A DNA stretch of 38,955 nt from Candidatus Nomurabacteria bacterium RIFCSPLOWO2_12_FULL_44_11 (GTDB taxonomy: Bacteria; Patescibacteriota; Minisyncoccia; Phycocordibacterales; UBA9973). The stretch spans positions 1 to 38,955 of the forward strand of contig MFVU01000032.1 in assembly GCA_001787125.1 (NCBI GenBank), given 5' to 3'. The number at the start of each line of letters is the position of its first letter. The stretch's first letter is position 1. Shown here piece by piece: positions 32,851 to 38,955 of this stretch. Below the pieces are notes generated by a model that did not search any database, had not been told where the DNA came from, and worked only from the letters and a program-made list of their open reading frames with translations. The position numbers and the translations under genes were made by a program.

Positions 32851-33537
32851 TTACTCTGTGCCGTTGTCTATTATTTCCTCGAGTTCCGTAGCAGCTTTTT
32901 TGATATATTTTTCTAAAAGCAAATGGATTTTTTGCTTGGTCAATTCAAATTTTTCAGGATCGCGAATTTTTAAATTATTTATATCTTTATATATTAGATC
33001 GTGTTCGATTTCCGCCCAGGCATGGTGCAGGATCGAGGTGATTTGAACTTCACTTTTGAGCCCTCGGAACTGTTTATACTCGCTTAGATTTAACCTTTTC
33101 CGACCAAAGGACATGATGATATGCGTGGCCCGGTAGCCGTTATCTTTGACCCTCTCTTCTATTTTCATGAAACCGCCGATCTCGTTTTTGATTTTTTTTA
33201 CGAATTTTTCCTTGTCTCGTTCGGTATAGAAAATTATGCGAATCCCCACCAGATCCTCCACCTCTTCCACCGAATGATAAAAAATTCCATGTTCTTTCTT
33301 GCGCAGAAGTTTTTCTTCCAGACGTTCATGGGTTTTGGTTCTGGAAATAATTTGGTACTTGTACTCCCCTTCTTTAAGCAACGCCTCAAGTGCTCGATGG
33401 GCGGCAATACGGAACTCTTCATAGTTCGGACGCTTGTTTTTATATTCAGTCAAAATGGTAGAGAGATAGCTCTTCTCGCCCTTGTGCCTTTGGGGGTTGA
33501 GTAAGGCGATGATTTTGTCTATCATTCGTGCGTTCAT
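32851..33537 (-). CDS. RelA/SpoT-domain protein (small alarmone synthetase-like, no hydrolase domain)
   Basis: DLVGIRIIFYTERD.., GYRATHIIM, EVQITSILHHAWAEIEHDLIYK are the conserved (p)ppGpp-synthetase motifs. Confidence 0.8.
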   Translation of the reverse strand: MNARMIDKIIALLNPQRHKGEKSYLSTILTEYKNKRPNYEEFRIAAHRALEALLKEGEYKYQIISRTKTHERLEEKLLRKKEHGIFYHSVEEVEDLVGIRIIFYTERDKEKFVKKIKNEIGGFMKIEERVKDNGYRATHIIMSFGRKRLNLSEYKQFRGLKSEVQITSILHHAWAEIEHDLIYKDINNLKIRDPEKFELTKQKIHLLLEKYIKKAATELEEIIDNGTE

Positions 33538-33557
33538 AATATAATTATAACAAATTG

Positions 33558-34226
33558 TTAGGGAGATGATTCGACGGCGGTTATCACCAACCGTTGGTTG
33601 TGAGTTCGATATTCAGAAATCCAGCTACCTGTGCAAGTTATCAATTTCAAAAGTGGAGCATCGTTTTGATTGAAAATTTCTTCCGTTGGCGCTTTGTAGT
33701 CATAGGTTTTTATATCCCTGACCACAAAATGCAGGGTGTCGCCTGAAGCTTGATCGATGTATACATCGCTCCCAACTTTTACGTCTTTCAAATCGGCGAA
33801 TACCGCCGGCATGCCGAGTCCGTTATCCACGTGTCCGGAAATTACCGCGCTCCCAACCTCGCCCGGCAGAGTGCCATACTTAAACCAACCGACATCGGTA
33901 TAATTATTTGGTGTGGACATATTGCCAAGCTTCGTAATACCGACTTTCTGCACTTTAGCTTTTACTCCAATGGAAGGTATGCGCAAATATTGCGGGTACA
34001 AAACAGGGTTAATTTTCTTCTCCTCCGGGGAAAAAGTTTTCTTGACATCATTCGGTAAGGCAACCTCATCAGTCGGCGCGTAGGAAACGGCCCGGTAAAC
34101 GGTTCTGCCGAAATAGAACATTGATATGACAATTAATATCGCTACAAACGGTATTGTTTTATTTTGTTTCATAACGCTAAAGACGGATACCCGTAGTTTC
34201 CTGGCATCCGTCTTTGTAGGTATCAC
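33558..34226 (-). CDS. sortase-family transpeptidase
   Basis: TM anchor, ISGHVDN (catalytic His), LKLITCTG (TLxTC Cys), ..NQRLVITA (Arg). An alternative start is MKQNK at 34172. Confidence 0.8.
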   Translation of the reverse strand: MIPTKTDARKLRVSVFSVMKQNKTIPFVAILIVISMFYFGRTVYRAVSYAPTDEVALPNDVKKTFSPEEKKINPVLYPQYLRIPSIGVKAKVQKVGITKLGNMSTPNNYTDVGWFKYGTLPGEVGSAVISGHVDNGLGMPAVFADLKDVKVGSDVYIDQASGDTLHFVVRDIKTYDYKAPTEEIFNQNDAPLLKLITCTGSWISEYRTHNQRLVITAVESSP

Positions 34227-34237
34227 CCTATTTTACC

Positions 34238-34729
34238 TTACCTTAGCACATATTTGCGAGCAAGATAAAGTGAACCCAAGAGCATTGCCAAGGCCGAGGT
34301 TAGGATTAGGATCACGTTACGCGATGCATCACCTCCCGCACCGGTGGTAGGAAATCCCAAGGATCCCGTTCCAGAAACAATTACGGGCGTGGCCACTGCC
34401 GTGCCATTACAGGGCTCACCAGTAATCGAACTGTAACCTATAGTAGAAGAACAGCCAGCGAGCCATTGTATAGCCACTGACCCTCCGCTACAAGGACGGC
34501 CGTTGATTGAACTGTATCCTAGGGCACTGGTGCAACCGGGCATGTATCTCGCGGTGGCAACACTGGTGCCGTTACAAGGAAGTCCGGTAGTGGCGCTGTA
34601 GCCCAGCCCGGAGGCACAGCCCGCTGGAAATGTCGCGGTTTGAGCTTCGGCAGTAGAAACCGAAGAAAACGCTACGCCGCTTATTACGAGAGCAAACAAC
34701 AAAACAGAGAGAGCGAGTTTGTTAATCAT
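34238..34729 (-). CDS. secreted triple Cys-pair-repeat protein with FPTTG sorting signal (sortase substrate)
   Basis: Signal peptide. Three ~27-aa repeats GC(A/T/S)S.(L/I)GYS..(T/N)G.PC.G..VA. C-terminal FPTTG + hydrophobic helix + ARKYVLR. Confidence 0.7.
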   Translation of the reverse strand: MINKLALSVLLFALVISGVAFSSVSTAEAQTATFPAGCASGLGYSATTGLPCNGTSVATARYMPGCTSALGYSSINGRPCSGGSVAIQWLAGCSSTIGYSSITGEPCNGTAVATPVIVSGTGSLGFPTTGAGGDASRNVILILTSALAMLLGSLYLARKYVLR

Positions 34730-34833
34730 AAATTTGTTATTAAACTGATAATATCAACAAAATTCAAGCAAAAAAGAACCCCTCCGATTATGTGACGAAG
34801 CTGCGTTTACAATATTACATTGAGAAATCGATA

Positions 34834-35028
34834 TTACGGCTTTCGAGCCAAACGAAAACCTTGAAGGGCTAGATACGCCGCGAGAATCAAGGCGACCCAA
34901 GAGGCCCACATTGGGGGAACAAAACCGCCGATTTGAACTTCCCAGCCGTTTAGCAGGCGAAGCACATGAAGAACACCTACGACCAGAAAGATAAACGATG
35001 CAACCGACACAAAATTATTCTTTGTCAT
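34834..35028 (-). CDS. small 2-TM membrane protein
   Basis: 64-aa ORF with two hydrophobic helices. No family recognised. Confidence 0.45.
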   Translation of the reverse strand: MTKNNFVSVASFIFLVVGVLHVLRLLNGWEVQIGGFVPPMWASWVALILAAYLALQGFRLARKP

Positions 35029-35069
35029 ATTATTTATTCTTATCTTACTAATAAAATAATAAAAACTGC

Positions 35070-35195
35070 TTACTTATGTTTGCGTCGTTTTAATTTAGCC
35101 GTTAGCAGGGCGTATTTTATCGCCAAACGCTTTTTGGTCTTGTGCGAACGCCTGGACTTTTTCTTCGGACTTAAAGTTGTGCCTCGTTTTGCCAT
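35070..35195 (-). CDS. 41-aa highly basic protein (possibly a small ribosomal-type protein)
   Basis: Not in the track (<60 aa). Hand translation gives MAKRGTTLSPKKKSRRSHKTKKRLAIKYALLTAKLKRRKHK. The S..RRSH segment is reminiscent of bL32, but I cannot confirm this. Confidence 0.35.
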   Translation of the reverse strand: MAKRGTTLSPKKKSRRSHKTKKRLAIKYALLTAKLKRRKHK

Positions 35196-35219
35196 ATCCG
35201 GAATTATAGCAAATCTAAT

Positions 35220-35882
35220 TTATTTTGGATACCAGTCAAGCTGGACAACTTCGATGGCGGGGTTCCCGGTATTCACCAAAGTTTTGAATTTTGCCACGTC
35301 GCTGAAACCATTGGGTGTGCGATAATGATATGGGTAAACTTTTTTGGGCTTGAAAGCCAGCACCACCTCGGTCGCTTCCTCGATACCCATAGTGTAAGGC
35401 AAGTTCATGGCAACAAATGCCAAATCAATATTCTGCAAATTCTTCATCTCCGGAGTGCCAGAAGTATCTCCCGAAATGTATACCCTCTTGCCATCTTTTT
35501 CCAAAACATATCCATTACCTCGGCCTTTAGTATGGAAAGCTTTGTCGGACTCCGGAATATTGTAAGCTGGTATTGCTTCTATGCTAAATCCTAATCGGTC
35601 TGTCTTTTCACCATTTTTCATTACGAAAATTTTTGGCCCAAGCTCATCTGGCAGGAGGTCTGCTACGGCCTTAGGCGCTACGATAATGGTTTTTTCCACC
35701 GCAAGTACCTTGAGTCGGGCGATATCCAGATGGTCCTCATGTATATCCGTAAGTAAGATTATGTCCGGATCGGGTTTGCCTAGGAAAAGTTTCGTCTCCC
35801 CTACCGGGTCGGTATATATCGCTATCCCGCTCCAGTTTAATATCATACTCGCGTGGGAAATCGGATCCACAATGTTTTTCAT
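35220..35882 (-). CDS. MBL-fold metallo-hydrolase
   Basis: ILLTDIHEDHLD (HxHxDH-type motif) and overall beta-lactamase-fold length and pattern. Confidence 0.8.
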   Translation of the reverse strand: MKNIVDPISHASMILNWSGIAIYTDPVGETKLFLGKPDPDIILLTDIHEDHLDIARLKVLAVEKTIIVAPKAVADLLPDELGPKIFVMKNGEKTDRLGFSIEAIPAYNIPESDKAFHTKGRGNGYVLEKDGKRVYISGDTSGTPEMKNLQNIDLAFVAMNLPYTMGIEEATEVVLAFKPKKVYPYHYRTPNGFSDVAKFKTLVNTGNPAIEVVQLDWYPK

Positions 35883-35900
35883 ATATACATTATACCAAAT

Positions 35901-38495
35901 TTATTGTCTCCTTCTCCTAAATAGATATTTGGCAAACTCGACTAAAAGCACATTGAGGACGAGCCACCCGGCAATAAACCATAGCCAGACGGGCGGCAGT
36001 GGCGCAAGTTCAAATAATTCACGAAACACCGGCAGGGTCATGGTGGCAACCAGCAAGACAACGGCAATTAAAACGCTTTGATTCAGTTTTTTGTTTGAAA
36101 ATACCGGATAGGAAAAAAGTGGTTTATGTAAACTGCGAAATGAAAAAGCAATAACCAGAATATATGAGGCAAAGCAAACAAAAAATACCGAGCGCGCCAG
36201 AGAAAGCTCAACCCCAAAGCGTATCAGGAGGTAATACATCAAAAATAATAAGAGCGAGCTGAATACCCCAATTCCGAATGTAAGAATATTCACTTCACGG
36301 GTAAAAATTGATTTGAGGGTGTGCTTTTTCGACATTTCATGGTCAAAATCCTCGTCGTAAGCAAAGGCGAGCGCCGGCAAACTGCCGGTAAATAAATTGA
36401 CCCAAATAATTTGGAGCGCGGAAAGCGGCAGGGCAATACCGACCAATAAACTCCCGCCGATAACAAAGACCTCATCCAGCGAGTTGGACATCAAGTAAAC
36501 AAATGTCTTGCGAATATTTGCCAGAATTCTACGTCCTTCATGAATGGCCATACTGATTGTCTTAAAATTATCATCCAGTAATACGAGGTCCGCCGCGCTT
36601 TTAGCCACATCACTGCCGGAACCAAGCGCCACCCCGATGTCCATGGCTTTAAGTGACGGCGCATCGTTGACGCCGTCCCCGGTCATGGCCACCACTTCCC
36701 CAAGCTTGCGATACAAGAGTCCGATACGCAATTTATCTTCCGGTGTGACCCGGGCAAAAATTTTAATTGAAGGCATGACCTCAAGCAGGGCCTCGTCCGA
36801 GATTGCCTGTAGATCACGACCCGTCAGCACTTCCTGCTCGGTAATAGTCCAACCAATCTCCCGCGCCACGGCAACAGCCGTGCCTTTCAAGTCACCGGTC
36901 ACCATCACGATACGGGTACCCAGCGCTTCGATGCTCTTTATCGCCGTCGGCACTTCTTTGCGCACCGGGTCGTGAAAAGCCAGGATGCCGATAAATTCGA
37001 TATTTTCCACGCCGGAGACGGAAGTTATGGGGGACGTTTTTTTGCCGAGCGCAATTAATCTCTTACCTTCATCGCTCGCTTTTATTATCCACGACTCAAT
37101 TTTGTTATAAGTTTGAGCGTCCATTTTTGATCTGGCCAGCAATACATCCGGCGCACCCATAATTATAAAAATTCCACCAAGCATTGAAACGGAAAATTTA
37201 TGGGTGGAATTAAACGGAATTAAAATTTGGGAGCCGCCGCTCCCGCCAAAACGAGAAGTATCCAGCCCGTTGTCCCTCGCGGTTTTCACGATATTTACCT
37301 CAAACGGTTTCCCCTTAAAAGTCCAAGCCGATACTTTACTGTTCGGATTTTCAATCAAGACATCCACATTCGCCAGGGCCATTTCAAGAATTTCCTGGTC
37401 CTTTTTGCTATAAGTCGCGGGCTCCGTACTGCCAGCGACAAGTTCATCTACTGTATAAATTCCTACCAAACGCATATTAGCTTCGGTGAGAGTACCGGTT
37501 TTGTCCGTCATAATGACAGTGGTCGAACCAAGTGTTTCCGCTGCAATGAGCGTCCGGGCAATCCCGCGCTTTCTGGCAATCCGCTCCGCGCCGATAGAGA
37601 GAATTACCGTAAGAGCGATAGGTAAGGCCTCGGGCACGGCGCCGACAGCCACCGCCACCGAGAGCACCAACATACCGAATATTGACTCCCCGCGGTAAAC
37701 ACCCAGCATAAAAATGCCGATAACGACTACTATCACAATTGCAAAAATAATCCACGCCAGCCGCGACAAGCCCTTTTGGATCGGGGTCTTAACCCGATGA
37801 ATGCCGGAAACCAATCCCGCGATTTTACCAATTTCCGTTTTGTCGCCGGTCGAAACGACTACAGCCGTAGCAAAACCGTCGACGACGAGCGTTCCGGCGT
37901 GCACCATGTTGGCACGCTCGGGAGTAGAAGCGGCAACCGGCTTAACTTCCCCCAACTTCCGCACCGGCGTGGACTCTCCGGTTAGGATAGTTTCGTCGGT
38001 GCTAAGATTATTGACATTGATGATTCGGGCATCCGCAGACACCCGACTGCCGTAAGCAAGCTTGATTACATCTCCCGGCACCAGCATCTCCGAATCAATT
38101 TCTGCTTCATGGCCGCTACGGATGACTCGGGAGCGATCTTTAATAAAACTGCTTAGTTTCTCCAGAGTGTTTTCCGCGTGATATTCGCGGTAAAATCCCA
38201 GGCCCGTATTCACCAGCACCGCGAGCGTAATGACCGCGACTTCAGCCCACTCCTGGAGTAGAGTTGTTACGATTGCCGCAAAAATTAAAATAAAGATAAG
38301 CGGGTTGGTAAGCTGTTTTAGAAAAATGGCGACGGTGTTTTGTTTCTCTTGTTTATGAAATATATTCTTGCTGTAAATATCCAGCCGGCGCAGGGCTTCC
38401 TTCTCTGACAGGCCTTGGGGAGATGTTTCCAGTTGAGTGAAAATATTTTCCGATTCCAAAGACCACGGATTCTCAATAAATTTTATTTTTTCCAT
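35901..38495 (-). CDS. cation-transporting P-type ATPase (type II, Ca2+/Mg2+-like)
   Basis: 864 aa. TGES, DKTGTLT phosphorylation site, MVTGD, MTGDGVNDAPSLK, ~10 TM helices. ATG lies 7 nt after TGcTATAAT (38511..38503, minus strand). Confidence 0.9.
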   Translation of the reverse strand: MEKIKFIENPWSLESENIFTQLETSPQGLSEKEALRRLDIYSKNIFHKQEKQNTVAIFLKQLTNPLIFILIFAAIVTTLLQEWAEVAVITLAVLVNTGLGFYREYHAENTLEKLSSFIKDRSRVIRSGHEAEIDSEMLVPGDVIKLAYGSRVSADARIINVNNLSTDETILTGESTPVRKLGEVKPVAASTPERANMVHAGTLVVDGFATAVVVSTGDKTEIGKIAGLVSGIHRVKTPIQKGLSRLAWIIFAIVIVVVIGIFMLGVYRGESIFGMLVLSVAVAVGAVPEALPIALTVILSIGAERIARKRGIARTLIAAETLGSTTVIMTDKTGTLTEANMRLVGIYTVDELVAGSTEPATYSKKDQEILEMALANVDVLIENPNSKVSAWTFKGKPFEVNIVKTARDNGLDTSRFGGSGGSQILIPFNSTHKFSVSMLGGIFIIMGAPDVLLARSKMDAQTYNKIESWIIKASDEGKRLIALGKKTSPITSVSGVENIEFIGILAFHDPVRKEVPTAIKSIEALGTRIVMVTGDLKGTAVAVAREIGWTITEQEVLTGRDLQAISDEALLEVMPSIKIFARVTPEDKLRIGLLYRKLGEVVAMTGDGVNDAPSLKAMDIGVALGSGSDVAKSAADLVLLDDNFKTISMAIHEGRRILANIRKTFVYLMSNSLDEVFVIGGSLLVGIALPLSALQIIWVNLFTGSLPALAFAYDEDFDHEMSKKHTLKSIFTREVNILTFGIGVFSSLLLFLMYYLLIRFGVELSLARSVFFVCFASYILVIAFSFRSLHKPLFSYPVFSNKKLNQSVLIAVVLLVATMTLPVFRELFELAPLPPVWLWFIAGWLVLNVLLVEFAKYLFRRRRQ

Positions 38496-38564
38496 TCTTC
38501 CTATTATAGCAGATAACGGCTTTGCATTATTGAAAAAATAAGCTAGAATAACCTCAATTAACTG

Positions 38565-38637
38565 GGGCCCGTAGCTTAGTTGGTAGAGCGCCTCATTTGC
38601 AATGAGGAGGTCACCGGTTCAAATCCGGTCGGGTCCA
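38565..38637 (+). tRNA. tRNA-Ala (UGC)
   Basis: Hand-folded cloverleaf. Acceptor GGGCCCG/CGGGUCC with the G3.U70 Ala identity pair, anticodon loop UUUGCAA, T arm ACCGG-UUCAAAU-CCGGU, 73 nt. CCA is not encoded. Confidence 0.9.
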
Positions 38638-38680
38638 CAAAACTCAAAAATTTCAACTGCTTGAGATTTTTGAGTTTTGT
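38637..38680 (+). terminator. 20-bp A/U-rich hairpin starting at the tRNA-Ala discriminator base
   Basis: ACAAAACTCAAAAAT (38637..38651) pairs perfectly with ATTTTTGAGTTTTGT (38666..38680). The stem extends 5 more pairs to a CTGC loop and ends in UUUUGU. Confidence 0.45.
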
Positions 38681-38797
38681 GGAGACCACAGCGATGTTTT
38701 GCGAGCATGCAAAACCGCGAGGGGCGGGCTGCGAAAATTTCGAGCGACGGCGAGAAATTATTTGTAGCCACAGGATTGTTCTTTTTTATTTTAATAT

Positions 38798-38869
38798 TCC
38801 GGGGTAGCTCAGCGGTAGAGCGGTCGCCTGTTAAGCGATTGGTCGTAGGTTCGATCCCTACCCCCGGAG
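38798..38869 (+). tRNA. tRNA-Asn (GUU)
   Basis: Acceptor UCCGGGG/CCCCGGA, D arm GCUC-AGCGGUA-GAGC, anticodon arm GUCGC-CUGUUAA-GCGAU, T arm GUAGG-UUCGAUC-CCUAC, 72 nt. CCA is not encoded. Confidence 0.9.
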
Positions 38870-38955
38870 CAATGTTTTGTATTTAGGGTCAAAATTAACT
38901 TTTTGTCTTTCAGGCAAAGAGTTTTTAGAGGTTCGAGCAGAAGCAATTTCTTTCT

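Noticed and set aside
38580-38886. ORFs 38580..38807 and 38677..38886
   Set aside because: They overlap the two tRNA genes and the structured spacer, and have no coding features.

Overview
38.9-kb window from an AT-leaning, compact bacterial genome. The gene content looks like Candidate Phyla Radiation/Patescibacteria (inference): split transketolase, lamin-tail-domain and sortase-anchored surface proteins, a four-helix-bundle protein, and many genes starting 6-9 nt after a -10 box. Most of the window is housekeeping: non-oxidative pentose-phosphate genes (tkt N/C, rpe-like, rpiB), gap, dapF, dnaE, pth, lepB, hisS, def, fmt, hpf, a GH130/mannose-type sugar cluster, a P-type ATPase, and tRNA-Ala and tRNA-Asn. 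Three type II toxin-antitoxin pairs are interspersed (two HicAB, one MazF-like).

The stand-out is a complete diversity-generating retroelement (DGR) at 28.6-31.2 kb.
- It has a DGR-type reverse transcriptase and a 107-nt template repeat (TR, 29991..30097).
- A variable repeat (VR, 30496..30602) lies at the 3' end of a 234-aa target gene.
- All 12 TR/VR differences fall on TR adenines, and none of the 83 non-A positions differ.
- The cassette is atypical in four ways: the target is a G+C-rich island with no signal peptide and no C-type-lectin-like VR signature that I recognise; the Avd-like four-helix-bundle gene is on the opposite strand; that gene is interrupted by a C9 homopolymer which also forms the G9 tract just upstream of the RT start; and an RNA-type terminator separates VR from TR.

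The second notable signal is a family of four structured 5' leaders. Three are exactly 72 nt, and two are 69/72 identical 13.4 kb apart. Each runs from a predicted +1 to the AUG of an unrelated gene (PfkB kinase, MazF-type TA operon, histidine phosphatase, hpf). Compensatory changes support two mutually exclusive helices.

Other observations: short G+C-rich hairpin inserts lying in frame inside conserved genes; an 18-bp perfect palindrome flanking a TrpR/YerC-like regulator; a 29-nt duplication of a gene 5' end; and a RelA/SpoT synthetase embedded in a sortase/surface-protein operon. No rRNA, CRISPR array, transposase or integrase was seen.
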